A DNA stretch of 63,853 nt, counting the filler, from Hausera hauseri (lineage: Eukaryota): NCBI GenBank assembly GCA_046269625.1. It is 12 parts of 12 records of this genome, joined end to end, with 100 filler letters (N's around TTAATTAATTAA, not from the genome) between each part and the next. Parts side by side here need not be neighbours in the genome. Positions count along the whole stretch, not along the records: positions 11,071 to 15,501 come from JBJURY010585222.1; positions 15,602 to 19,891 come from JBJURY010653885.1; positions 19,992 to 25,682 come from JBJURY010205967.1; 9 more parts are not named here. One strand, given 5' to 3'. Numbering within the stretch: the stretch's first letter is position 1; every line of letters begins with the position of its first letter. This document shows positions 11,235-24,200 of this stretch, piece after piece. The position numbers and the translations under genes were made by a program. The notes below the pieces were generated by a model. That model was not told the DNA's origin. It was given only the letters and a program-made list of their open reading frames with translations, and did no database searches.

Positions 11235-12250
11235 CTAGGCGGTAGTTGGATGATTCATATTTTCCCCATTGACTTTTCTTTTTAAATTTATGTTTAAGAG
11301 TAATAGTTTCTTCTTTTGCCACCTTCCTTTTTTTCTTGTTAGATCAACGAGGTTCTGTTCGTTAGGTATCATAGTTAATGAGGGTTCAGACTTGGTACTT
11401 GTTGCAGGTTCTGGTTGGAGAACTGGTGGTTTTACAATTTGATCAATATCGATCGCTGTCTCAAATTCCAATTTTGTTATGCTTGAGTAATCATTAATGT
11501 CCAGTAGTTCACGGGCTAGTATAACCGTTTCATCGTCTGATAGGACGAGCGACGTAAATTGTTTGTTTGAAATTGTATGTATTACTGCTTTAGATTTTAC
11601 TATTACATCCTCGTTTTGATATTTCTTCAGGGTGTTGTACATGTTAAGCATAACCATTTCCTTATCTCTTGTCCTTGTTGGATATGTAATGTTATTAAAT
11701 TTCAAAAAGACTTGTTTTTGAGTCAATGTTTTCTTTGGATTAATCTGTTCATTGTAGTATAAATCTCTGATTCCTGCTATTTGGTCAATATTAAAGATGG
11801 CGATTTGGGAATTGATATTGAATATATTCATTCCCACTATCAGTTTTCCTACTAATTCATGTCGAATAAAAGGCCAAATTTGATATTGATCGGCTTGGCC
11901 GATTAAATCCGCTTCTCTTATGCCTGTTGTTTGTGTATTTTAGTTATCTATACGTCCTCGCGGAGCAGAGTTGATCAAAAATAATTTTCTTATCCAAATT
12001 CATTATAGTGTTTTCCACGAGAGTAGCTTCGGAACGATTGTCTTTAATTAGATATGCGACATTAATAAATACAATGACTATTTTATTTCTTGAAACTGTA
12101 GATACTCTAGGAAAGGAACATCTTTTCTTCAATTGTGATTTATTTGGAAGAGGTAAACTAAAAATCGGTGTGTCACATTCTGGATGGGGGATCCTTTCTC
12201 TTCTAATAACTTCAATATATAGTGTTACGGTTAGGGTGGCCCTTATCCGT
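11235..12250 (-). pseudogene. Degenerate DEDDh (REXO/ISG20-like) exonuclease-fold accessory ORF of the LTR element
   Basis: IVFINV..TIMNLDKKIIFDQLC/PRGRIDN*NTQTTGIREADL..GKLIVGMNI..IRDL compared with REXO VAIDCE..SIVN..YD.FVKP..IVDYNTRFSGVTEADL..GKILVGH..IRDT; one frameshift and one stop. Confidence 0.62.
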
Positions 12251-12479
12251 CCCCACTATAACAATATTATCTCTAGTTTATAATTCGCTCTTTGAGCAGG
12301 TTAGGATTACTCGTTCTCGAGTAATCTGCTTGTGCCTTAGTATTTTAGAATAATTTATACCTCAATGCAGGTACTGCGTGCGTTCGTGAATGCCTCAAGT
12401 TACAGATTCCTTGTCTTAGCTATATGATTTTACACTGTATTTTAAACTTAGGGTAGTACCAATCAGCTTTAAGAGCCGA

Positions 12480-12829
12480 TGAAAAACTATATGATTTTAT
12501 CACAAAACAATGGATAATAACCTTTATTGAATCACGCACCACAATGAATACTTTCAAATAACACAATAGTCAGCAGAATATAGAGTCAATTATCAACTGT
12601 GCTCAAAGCTAGTTGTAGCGAAACCTAAGTCGCAATCACTGTCGATTGAGTTTTCGAATAAGACAATGCGATACTAAGTCGCAAAATTTTGTTCAATTCA
12701 ACTATTTTAACGTCTGCTTATATACTACTCAGATACACCGATAATCTATTTGTTCGTCTCTTTCGAACATTTCTCACATAATTATATGTACATTCTAGAT
12801 TTTTATATCTTTATATGCTCATTCCGACA
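12480..12829 (-). mobile_element. Possible LTR-like segment
   Basis: TG at 12829, TATATAAGC at 12724-12716, AATAAA at 12528-12523, CA at 12480. It does not match the visible part of the 3' LTR. Confidence 0.3.
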
Positions 12830-12929
12830 CCTACAAATAATGAAAAATCTAATAACAATTGTCCAAAATTATTTACAACGATAAAAATTTTGTACATATG
12901 CTTAATCCATATGTTTTGTTTAGCTCATT

Positions 12930-13563
12930 TTCTCACAGAAGTTACTGTTTCATTATTGTTGTCTTTGAAAGATAATCAATGGCAATGACCAATCAAAAAG
13001 CCGCAAAAAGGATTTTAGAATTTGAACCTAACGCTGCAAACGAAACGGATAATTACGGAAGAAATTTTTTACATGTTGCTGTACAGACTCTAAACAAAGA
13101 AGTCGTATTTTTCCTTATTCAAGTCAATGCAAATCTCAACGCTCGAGTTGAAGATTATTTAATGCACACTCCGTTACAACTGGCAGTTATTTCCCGGGCT
13201 CCTGAAAATATGATTAGAAGTTTAATTTTAGCTGGTGCGAAAATCGATGATGAAACGTTTGAAAAGCAAAATTTATTACACCTTGCAGTCACACATAATT
13301 GATCATATTTGCCTCATGATATTTTTATAGGACATCAGGGCAATAATTTCAATACGCCCTTGCATCTCGCTATCAAAAGTGACGTGAAAGAATTAATCGA
13401 ACCCTTGTTGATTAAATCATCAAGTTATATCGGTTTAAAAAAATTAAGGGGTGAAAATATTTTGCACATGTTAGCTATACATGCTAAAGAAAATGTTATT
13501 GTTCTTTTTTCCCTTATTATGGATGTTTATCCTCTTCTTCCGCTCGGTGAGAAGATAATTTAG
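12930..13563 (+). pseudogene. ANKFY1: Rabankyrin-5 ankyrin-repeat fragment
   Basis: KAAKRILEFEPNAANETDNYGRNFLHVAVQ..VFFLIQVNANLNARVED..TPL matches recalled ANKFY1 KAAEAILKRESGAAEQVDNKGRNFLHVAVQ; internal stop, fragment only. Confidence 0.8.
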
Positions 13564-13829
13564 GTTCGGTATTATTTACTTTTTTACCTTTGTGCCAGTT
13601 ACTACAGAAGACAATTTGAGTGCTATATTGAGATACGTACAGAAAATACCATTACAATCTAGCTGGTACAACTCGAATTTTGCAAGTGTCCATAATTTAC
13701 TTAATATTGATTTGTCTTCGAAATTTCTTATTACTGACATAGTTGACATGGTTGTTGTTAATTTCAGTTTTAATGAATCGTTCGTTTATAATGTTTGTTG
13801 TACATTTAATTCCAGTAAAATACGAATGT

Positions 13830-14805
13830 TACATAAACGATTGAGATACTGTGTCATACTTCCTAAACGTGTGTCGTTTTATGAAGGAGTGTCCTGTGAC
13901 AATTTTCCCATACTTTTACTTGTTCCTTCCAATACTGACGCCATGTCTACAAATTTAATATGGAAATTTCATACTCATGATGGATTGCATTTAATACTTT
14001 TAAATCGTGACAAGTTTCAAAAGGCTTTCGTCAAATCAATATCTTCAATTTGGAAAAATGTATTTAAGTCGGACATTCATAACGAAATTGAAACAAATAG
14101 TTTGTCCCAAGTCTGGCGTCAGTTGTTATCGTTTCTTAATAGTTCAAATCAATCTAACAAAGAGTCTCATTTACAATCAATAATCGACAGTCTTGCTGAA
14201 GAATACAACCATTCGGTATTTACTAAAGTTCTTCAAGAACTCAGTTTTTCATGTTTCAATCGGAAGTTCTGTTTACGGAGTTACTGTCAGCTCGTGGTGT
14301 TGTCGTAGATATAGAAATCTCGGCGATATTTCCTACGCCAATAGCGATCTCTATTCTTCATTAGAAACATCGTGGAAACTATTCCATTTTCCCGAACCGT
14401 CGAAATTCAATAAAGTAACCATTTCAAAGGCAGAAATTTCTCATTGTTTTCGTCAAAATGATTTGTGGAGTACTTGGTAGTGGCCAAATGAGCTTAGCTA
14501 AAAAAATTACGCAACTTGCACAGGATAATAAGTTCTGGTCCGTGATTTCACCAACAACTATTGAAGAGGCATTGTCAAGCATGGAAGACATTTTGAAAAA
14601 GTTTCAAACCGTTTGGAATATGAAAGGTCGAAAACAATTGAGAATCATTTTGTTGTCGCCACCATTTTGCGGTTCCTTCCAAGCTTGTCGACAATTAAAA
14701 CGTGTCTATGATCAGAAACAATTTACAATAGGAAGTATTTGCATATGCATCGATCAACACAGTGCTCATTTGAACAACTATGAATTCACGATTCCAGAAT
14801 TACCG
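13830..14805 (+). pseudogene. DNAAF9: DNAAF9/C20orf194 (Shulin)-like fragment including CobW-like P-loop region
   Basis: CVILPK..FYEG, KFQKAF...SSIWK, ICGVLGSG..LA, FTIGSICICID motifs resemble C20orf194; frameshifted. Confidence 0.6.
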
Positions 14806-14819
14806 GATTCCTACAGACA

Positions 14820-15125
14820 TATCAGCCAAGGATCTTCAGCATTCAACATAATATTGTCAATCATAAATGTATTTTTGAACAACATATTGACTTTGTACCC
14901 GGAGTTTTCGGTTTTCCTTCAACACCGTTTACGTTGTATAAAAATATCAGTGGTAAGTATACGAAATTGAAAAGTAAAAATATAACAATAGAAAGAAAGA
15001 ATGTAAATTTAACCTTTGCACGATTGCATATCGCATTTAATAATGTTACTGATATTGATGAGGGAAAATACCTCATCGTGGCCAAAAATATTAAAGGTCA
15101 GGGAAAATTTTCATTTTCATTAGAA
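14820..15125 (+). pseudogene. Immunoglobulin I-set domain fragment
   Basis: V.G.P..F.LYK...LHI.FNNVTDIDEGKYLIVAKNIKG contains the D.G.Y...A.N..G motif. Confidence 0.65.
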
Positions 15126-15307
15126 TCTGTAGCGAATACATAATAGAGTGGCCCAATTATCTCATTCATTCCCTGTACATAACTGTGGGCCTTGTTTGTT
15201 TTACAGAATATAAAAAGCACCCGTTGAACGACTTCCCAATGCATTTCTTTGTCTTCCCTAAACGGTTTGTAGGTATTTGAATTATAGTGACTATAATCTG
15301 ATCGCAT
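15126..15307 (-). pseudogene. TBC1D13: TBC-domain RabGAP fragment
   Basis: HWEVVQRVLFIFCKTN..SYVQGMNEIIGPLYYVFATD nearly matches recalled TBC1D13 HWEVVERILFIYAKLNPGIAYVQGMNEIVGPLYYTFATD. Confidence 0.88.
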
Positions 15308-15601
15308 ATCAGGTACAAGAACTTTCGGGTGTAGACCTTTCTGAGTTTCAGAAGAACTCTGAAAGTAAAAGCATATTAATTATATATCTGTTATAAACCT
15401 AATGTTGAGGAGATTACATTTAAAAGTAAAGATACTTTGGCGTATGTTTTATTTATTTGTATATTCTATTATTTATTTATTCGTTTTATGAAAAATTGTT
15501 TNNNNNNNNNNNNNNNNNNNNNNNNNNNNNNNNNNNNNNNNNNNNTTAATTAATTAANNNNNNNNNNNNNNNNNNNNNNNNNNNNNNNNNNNNNNNNNNN
15601 N

Positions 15602-16330
15602 CTCCTCACTGTGAGGGATGACATCAATTTTTCCAGCAGCTTCACCTAATTCTCTATTAAGGAAGTGGGAATCATACCCACTGAGATTGTGAAAAATAAC
15701 AGGAATGAATTTGATTGTTCGACACCGTAAACTGCATGAATTGCATGCCGCTCATCTGAAATAGCCTGTGATATGACAGTGATCCTTGACTTTGTGATAG
15801 TCTAAAGTAAAGCTGTTTCTTCATAAATAATAATTTGTGGCATTTTGCCATTTAGCTTCTTCATATTTTAAACTAAATTTGCCATATTTTTCCACCTCTT
15901 GATAAATAAAAAAGCCGCCACTGGATCTCTATACAAAAAAGGACTTTCATCAAATTCTTTTGCATACATACAAAATGAAGACAGTTAATGTAATTGATAA
16001 GCTGTTGTGTGGGACTGTTGAGAATTTTGATAACATCCCTGTATTGGGTTTAATATTGCTTGAAATTCACAATATATGACTATTGGTACTCGGAGTATTT
16101 TTTCATACTCCTTAATATTATGTAATTCTCATATGGAATTTCAGCTCTTAAGCACTCATTTTTAGAACAAAGTTTGTGTTACTGTATTTTCATTTGATCT
16201 GTATCACCGTGGAAATGTGTCCAGCATCTTCTGTACACTTCAATACTTCTATAATGATTGATCTATGCATAATGATGATTGGTCCCTTCGTTTAGTAAAA
16301 GTAAGTCCCTGTGATATATTTTTTCACAAT
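15602..16330 (-). pseudogene. Polinton pPolB remnant
   Basis: IPVIFHNLSGYDSH, VKDHCHITG, PIVIYCEF, RDLLLL motifs; heavily decayed. Confidence 0.8.
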
Positions 16331-16509
16331 AATCAGTACATTTTATTATTTTTCATGTGTGCACGTCAAAAGTCATGTGCGCGCACACCTAAGGTAATGT
16401 GTGCACACCTAAAATCATGATGCTCACATCTGTGATCATGTGTATGTTTTCAAACGGTATATAAGGCAGTGTTTTTTATTATTTTACCTCTTTCTAAAAC
16501 GTTCGAAAA

Positions 16510-17331
16510 TGAATACTGAAGTGCTAGTATAATTGACTGTCGCAGCAGCGGAAAGAATCAGTAGAGAATCAGAAGATGATCTAGACAAATCGAAGGATAG
16601 TGCCAAAGAAAATGTTAATGCAGAAGGCAATTCAGCTATTAGGCAAATGCGTGAAGAGCTTGCACTATGGCAAAATTCGGATGATGAATAGTTGTCGGAC
16701 ACTAGTTCGGCAATAGTCAAAAAGTGGGCTGCAAGAGTACATAAGATTCAGGCGACAAGGGCTATCAAAAGCTACTTATCCATAAAACCGGCCAGCCTCG
16801 GGTAACGAAGCGTCAATTGGAACAATTGATAAAGATGGTGAAAAATGCAAACAATACGCAGGATCGTATTGTCATTACTGAAGCAATGAAGAGTAAATTG
16901 CAGAAGGATTATGAATGACAGAAGAAAAGTCGGTTGAGTCTGAAAATGAATGCCCAGAGTAGACTTGTACGACCGATATCCTGAATTCCGCGTAAATCTC
17001 ATTAAGAGATTTGAAATACAAACAAAGCGGCGACTAACTGAGGATTCGGAGGAAGTCCGCGAATTGAAAGCACAGCTGGCTCAAGCTCAAAAGCAGTTAA
17101 AAAAAGTATATTTACGCACACGGTTTAAGGGCCAAAGTTGAAGAGCAGGCAAAAGTAATATTTGGTCTACGCAAAGAGGTTGAGAAAATTATCCGGCCTG
17201 TCGCGCAGTCAGAGGATTTGGCCCAGCCTGGAGTTGAAAGGGCAAAGGCAATGGAGGACAAGGACGTACAAGTTGCTGGTGGCGAAATGACAAATGTTTA
17301 CCACAACCACACAATCTACAACTACAAATAA
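16510..17331 (+). pseudogene. Decayed coiled-coil Polinton accessory gene, homolog of 47050-47577
   Basis: FRVNLIKRFEIQTK..DSEEVRELKAQLAQ vs FRKNLHKRFEVQVK..DTEEVRKLKEDLAK; TATA box near 16458 and AATAAA after the stop. Confidence 0.65.
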
Positions 17332-17545
17332 AGTATTGTATTAAAAAATAAATAACAAAAGCACAAAAAATAAAAAACCCAAAAAGTCAATCTTCAAAAA
17401 ATTCACACGAAATGACATATTTGCCAAAAAACCCTAAACGACCAAATTTGCCATAAAACTGCCCCAAAAAGAGGCTTTACCGTGGCGCATATATAGCCAA
17501 AAAATTTACCAATGCCCTGAAGTTTGAAAATTTTTCAAAAAACTA

Positions 17546-18262
17546 CACATTGTCCCACAAAATTATCAACACCTAGATATTTCATGATATACTCAATAAA
17601 TCTGCCATTTTTACCAGTTCTGCCGTGAGAACGAATTATTAATGCTTGTTTTGTTGAATAAAATATGACGTGTTAAATGCGCAAAATTTACACAAAATGG
17701 GTCGTAAATCTGATGTTTCATAACTGGTGTGAGCAAATCTTTAGAAGTGCATGAAATGGAACTTTCTAATCGTGAAATTGGAAGGAAAGTAAGCTTGCAT
17801 TATTCAATTATATCAAAAGTTATTAAAAGATACCGTAAAACTGTCATCGTTTACTATTTGTGATCACTCATGTGAATAGCCTACATTTATACATGAGAGA
17901 ATATGCGATTATTAATAAGGCGAATACATTTTAAATTGAAAATTCTTCCAGAAAACACTAAATTTAATATTGGAAAAACATTGGCACAACTAAATAAACG
18001 TAAATGTTTTCAAAGTTCAAATTTTCTTAACGTATTTGGGGAGATTTGAACAAGTGCATAATACTGTTGCATTTAAAGACTCCTAGGCTATTTTATATGT
18101 TATTAATAAGCATTAGATTTTGCACATATCTCTGACTTAGGGTTACCAGATTTTGTTTGAAAATGAGAGACAGAAACCGAACAAACAAATCTGTCCCAGG
18201 CATAAAATTAAAGTCCGAATTCCATGAAAATTGGGGTGTTGATAATTTTGTGGGACAGAGTG
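17546..18262 (+). mobile_element. Non-autonomous Tc1/mariner deletion derivative
   Basis: 28-bp TIRs (26/28 match) CACATTGTCCCACAAAATTATCAACACC; TA TSD at 17544-17545 and 18263-18264; HTH remnant MGRK...SNREIGRKVSLHYSIISKVIKRY at about 17697-17845. Confidence 0.9.
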
Positions 18263-19991
18263 TATATATAAACACCATACGGTTGAATCTTTACGAAGTT
18301 GATTCTGAATAAATTGGATTCTATCAGCATTCGACTTCTGAAAATTATTAATTTAGTCGAGATGATCAAGTAATTTAACTATCACAAACACTACGATTTG
18401 CATGGATAACAATTTGATTTTTAGAAATCACCATGTCCATAATCATCATAACCATGACAAAACTACTTACACATCTTAGAAACATACCTATTCCGTATAA
18501 ATTTTAGTAATAACGGAGACCTTTCAGAATTATGAAATAAAATATTTTGATATCAAAAGTGGAGATCGCAATAGTCTGAATTGAGTAGTGTTTGTTAACA
18601 AACCGACACTATCACACTATACACGCCGTGTATGGTATATTTCATTGTTGTCAGAATACATTATCTTCAGATATACATCATCGTCAGAACATATACAACA
18701 ACATGATTTCTAGTTTGACCATACATCAATTACGACGACCTCCATCAAGGAGAACATTACACTTGCTCAGACCTTCCCAGGAGTATGACGTAACAAGTAC
18801 ATTTATTTCCTCCTTAAGTGTCTGCGATCTCCACTTATTTGTGTTCAATGAAATATCCATCTAACATTTGTCTCTTCGATGACAAAATATATTGTTACCA
18901 TGAACACAAAGACATTATAATATATTTTATACCTTATAAATGTATTATGTTTAAACTACTTTTAAAAGATATTTGACGGTTACTGGTATGTATAATGTAA
19001 CTTTACCTTGAAATTATTAAATTTTAACAATTTATTAATGATATACTACTGACAAAATTATCAATAGAATGTTATTAGAAATATTTTTAGTTATAATTTC
19101 ATGATTATAGTATTTTGTTAATTGATTTTCAATTTAATAATTTATTAATAAACTTAAAGGGGTGATGTTTTGTTTTATCGGGAATTTTACTGACAAATTA
19201 ATGAAAATTATAAATGTCTGAATGATGAATTTTATTAATCAATCCGAAAACCATAGTTTTAATAATTATTATTCTGGAACTATATTTCCTCATTTTCTTA
19301 AAATTAAAATTTGATGGATTCGGAATATTTTAGCTTCGATTAATGTAATTCTTATTACAATATTAGACAAGAGCATTTTTAAAATAAGGTTCCGTTAAAA
19401 TAAATCATCAAACAATCTTTTTACCACCCAATTCAAAATTAGCAGGCTAGCAACAGTTGCCTACAAAGGAATAAATTTTACTCTAAATCTGGATGTTTCA
19501 TAACAAATAGTTAGAGAGACGTTCAAAACATAACATATTATGAAAAAGATTTTGCCGACAAAGTCAAAATAATGCAATTAATTCTTCTAAATGTCATAAA
19601 TTTGCGATGACTTGTTCAAGTCTCCCCACTATGTTTAGGAATATGAAATTATCATTTTAATACTCCATTTATAGCGTTTCATTGATATTCTGCCTAAATA
19701 AAAAATATCGGTCAATTATTTCGTTTACTATTTGTGATCACTCATGTGAATAGCCTACATTTATATATGAGAGAATATGCGATTATTAATAAGGCGAATA
19801 CATTTTAGATTGACAATTCTTCCAGAAAACACTAAATTTAATATTGGAAAAACATTGGCACAACTAAATAAACGTAAATGTTTTCAAAGTTNNNNNNNNN
19901 NNNNNNNNNNNNNNNNNNNNNNNNNNNNNNNNNNNTTAATTAATTAANNNNNNNNNNNNNNNNNNNNNNNNNNNNNNNNNNNNNNNNNNNN

Positions 19992-20575
19992 TGCTGGAGA
20001 GTGGTATTCGCGGTGGATTATGTCAGGTTGTGCATAGATATGCAGAGGCTAATAATAAACATATGGTGAACAGGTACTACGAAAGTAAAGAGTCCATGTA
20101 CATTACATACCTGGATGCAAATAGCCTATATGGATGGGCAATGTCACATTACCTACCATATGGGGACTTTCAATGGATCACTTCGAACGGTAACATGGAT
20201 AGTGATATTCTCAGTATACGTCCCACAGCTTCCACAGGGTACATATTCGAAATAGATTTTGATTACTCTGAAACTCTACATGTTGAACATGATCAGCTAC
20301 CATTTCTATTGGAAACGATTAAACTACCAAATTGTACAAACAAAAAATTGGAGAAACTAATACCACACTTGGACAGCAGAACAAGTTACGTCGTGTATTA
20401 TCAGTACCTGCAGTAGGCTATTCGACACGGACTTAAAATTCAAAAATCCATCGGATAAGTCAATTGAGCCAATCTCTATAGTTACAGCCTTATATCCAAT
20501 TCAATACGGATCTACGAACAAGAGCTATAAACGCGTTTGAAAAGGATTAATTCAAGCTGTGATAAATGCTGTTGT
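19992..20575 (+). pseudogene. Polinton pPolB polymerase-domain remnant
   Basis: ESGIRGG, YLDANSLYGWAMS, LPYGDF, KLIPHL, FEKD motifs. Confidence 0.92.
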
Positions 20576-21533
20576 AAAAAATCCTCAGCGTAATCATCAT
20601 CATCATCATCATCGTCAGAATTAGAAAGTGAAATTTTTGGATTGGTATGTGTAATGTTTGGTAATGGTTCTAAATATGCTACACGAATTTCCTCATACTC
20701 TCGTTGTATTGTTTCGTTTAAAATTTTAAATTTATCTTTTTCATATTCATTACATAACCAATTCTAAAAAGTCATTTAGAATATGTAGCAGGTTTTAAAA
20801 TATTATTAATAATGTGAAAAAGATGGTCAACAGATCGATTTTATTAAATCATCGAAGGCGCTATTTAAAGTATTTTGAACAGATAAATAGAAATAAAAAG
20901 CAAAAAAAAAGTAATATAATTTAATGTAGTAAATTTAACTAACTAAATCAGACGTCACTTACTAGAAATTAAACAGCTCGTTTATTACTCAAATTATTTG
21001 TTAGAAAAGTCTAATGAACATTCGGGCACCTTGTGAATCTCCAGCATTGGTGATGATTTACCATTGTTAGACATCTTATATCCTAATATTTTAAGCTGAG
21101 CCATTGCTTGAGTCTCATCCGGGAGATGTTGGATTCTTTGACCCTGAGAATTACAGATGGCCTATTTGTTCTTCTTTATAAAAAATGACTCCGGATCAAC
21201 GGTCACTGTAACTTCTATTTCACTGAGCACTTAAGTCATTGTCAGAATCATCTTTAAGCTGAAATCCGAACTTGCATGTTTCCAGGGTAATAAATTTCAC
21301 AAATTTGACTATAATTGGCTTTTTCAAAAAAACTATGTTGTATCCAAAATATTTGCGTGCCGGCTTGAATTGCAAAGATGAAGATATCTAATTGTTTGTA
21401 ATGTGATTGTCAATGTCTTGTTGTTGTTGTTGCTAATAAGATTTACGTATAATTATATTAATAATGGTAATAAATATCTTTAATTGACAAATTATAGAAA
21501 AAATAATAAAGTTTATTAAAATTTACAACATGA

Positions 21534-24200
21534 TTAAAGTGAATAATGTCCGTATTCACGGCTTACATTACTGCTGATCCCATGTCGTTTGTTATCCATT
21601 GATGATAAAGCAGTTTTCTGTTTCTTAACTCTATATAATTGATGGTTTATAGACTGTATGAGATGCTGTTTAACTCGACACTCATTTTGCTGGATATAAG
21701 TATTTTTAAACGTGCTATAATTTATATGGATTTTTTTCAATGATATACCCTTAGCTATTATTTTTTCTGATCCATCGCTAATTAGCATGCTGTAGCATTT
21801 GGGACAAAGAAAAAATCCATTTAATAAAGTGAGGAACTCCGCAACTTTCATCTTTAAATAAACCAATTTTATTTGAAACATCCATCGAATAAAGTGGACA
21901 GTCCGGCCGATAATTTGATGTATACAACAAACCGTCATCTTTTATTTTCTATAATAAAATGTTTATATTTACATATTTACACAACAAAAAAGCTGTCAGT
22001 GCCACCTGCAAGAAGCTTATGTATACATCCAAACAATTGCCTATAAATTTGCAGCTTAACGTACTCTAACATGTACATATGTAATTTACTCAGATCTAAT
22101 ACAACCTCCCCGATATATATTGGTCGATCCAGACATACCACATCTTTATTCAAGAGAACTAAGGCAAGATTATCATCAATTATCCACGACTTTTTAAACT
22201 GTAATTTGCTCGAGTATGTAATAAAATCCTTTTCCGTAGTACATATTCGTATTATCATTCGTTTAAATAAGTTCTCTACTGTCTTCCAATGTAATGAGTT
22301 GTTCTTCAATTTGTAATAATCTTTATCACACTTGGTTGAAGCCGTTGCTCTCTTTGTAGAGTTCTGATCAATGTAACGTCTGAAACAACAGGTTTGAGAA
22401 AATTAAACTGCTCTAAGCTTCTTCGTAACAACAGCTCCAAGTTTTGTATAAAATTGCAAAAGTCTCCAGTGGATGATATAATTCAATTTATTTTCGTCTG
22501 TCAACAGTAGCTTTTCAACTTTAGATCTTGGTGGGCTTTTCTTCTCAGGAGCTAAAGGAAAATCATCCACTATATCTTGAATATGTGGAGGTATAATGAT
22601 ATCAACCTCTAGCACATACCCAATAAGACTTGTTTCAGTATTTGCTTCTATTTGACTATTTAAAATTGATTGCAAACGATATTCGTTAAATATCCACACA
22701 AAACTTTCATGCAGCAACGGCATCCATATAGGTTGCTCACATCCAAGTACAACAATGACGAGTCGTCCGTGGTCTCTACATAGTGCATATTGATAAACGT
22801 TATGCCTCCTCTAATTCCACATTCAAAAAAACTATACATTGCCGGATCATGCAACAATTCCAAATTTACTTTTAATGTACGTAATGCACTACTCAATGAC
22901 ATTCCTGGAAGAGTTATAAAATTAAGAGGATTGAAGACATTATTATTTAGAGCTCTTAGACAAAATGTGTTAAATACATCTGCTAATAATTATACATCAA
23001 GTTTTAAATAATATATCATGTAATCAAGTAAATTTCGGCAATTTAATTCAATCCATTTTTCTCTAACATACTGATATTCATCATAATCAACATCATCAAA
23101 AATTGGTGGTAAATCTGTTGTATTTTCCAATACGGTCAATGACGTTGCAAAATTATACGGAAAAGGTCCCTTTCTATATCCGATCTGATCTAGAAAAACA
23201 GTAGATGTCAAAGGCCACTGTACCAACTTTGAAGAAAGGTGTCCAACCATTCAAGTATAAATTGATAAAAGTCGATAAATTTAAATGTCAATTTACAAAT
23301 ATCAGCAAACAGGGCTAAAAACCTATCTCTGCTTTGTTCTATTACATTAGGGTTCCAATGTCGAAAATGTTTAAGAGCATATCTCATAATATGGTTGGTG
23401 TCGTATCCTCTAAAATTATTAAAAACAACCGGAAGGATCATACGAATTTTTCTTTGAAAATTACATTTTTGATATGCAGCACAAATATACTGACCTGTAA
23501 AATGGTTATGATCTCGAAACTTATTCCTTATTACCTGTTTGCATAAGTAACACTGTTCAGCATGAAGAAAAGCATCTTCGTCTTCAACGGATAATGGAAG
23601 CATGGGGCAATGGACATTCTGATCATACCATGAATCACAACAGTTCTGGCCAATTATCCAAACATGTTTAATATTCGGTAATACAATTATCCCCTATAAA
23701 ATAATAATATTGTGGTTGTAGTTTAATATCCTTTAATGCAACAAGCAATAATCCAGCAGCTACAGGAATGTGTTTGTGCTCAAACATTTCACAAGTTGGT
23801 AGCACAGATTCAAAATCTGAATACACGACAAAATCCAGAGATACAAGCTTAGACCAGTCGGTAAACTGACATCTTTTTAATTTTGGCACGACATACAAAG
23901 TTGTATGTTCACTATTAGTAAAATACAATTTAACATGGTTATCATATGCTTTTTGATGTCTAAATCTATGCGAACAAGTCTGACACCATATACAACCTAT
24001 TCTAATCACCCCATTGTCGAAGTTCAAAAGACAATTTAAATTTACAACAGCAACGTAATGAAATCTATCCGATTTCTCAAGTACTAGTAGGTTAACAATT
24101 TGACTTGATAAACGATTTTTTAAACAATACAGAACATCAACATATGGGTTTTCAAACATGTTTTCATTCTGATCAATTTGAGCATTGCTGTAATTAATGT
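21534..24200 (-). pseudogene. Near-complete decayed Polinton pPolB with EndoVII-like insert
   Basis: VVYSDFES, RDHNHFTG..CN, FNNFRGYD, KGPFPY, GIRGG, YLDVSNLYG, PIYIG..VLDLSK, TDS, AKGI, DNKR motifs in the expected order. Confidence 0.95.

Noticed and set aside
12455-12480. Primer-binding site
   Set aside because: No convincing complement to a tRNA 3' end that I can identify.
5508-12830. Contigs 2 and 3 as one continuous retroelement
   Set aside because: They are separated by an artificial linker, and the PPT/3' LTR would lie upstream of the polyprotein. Family relationship remains untested.
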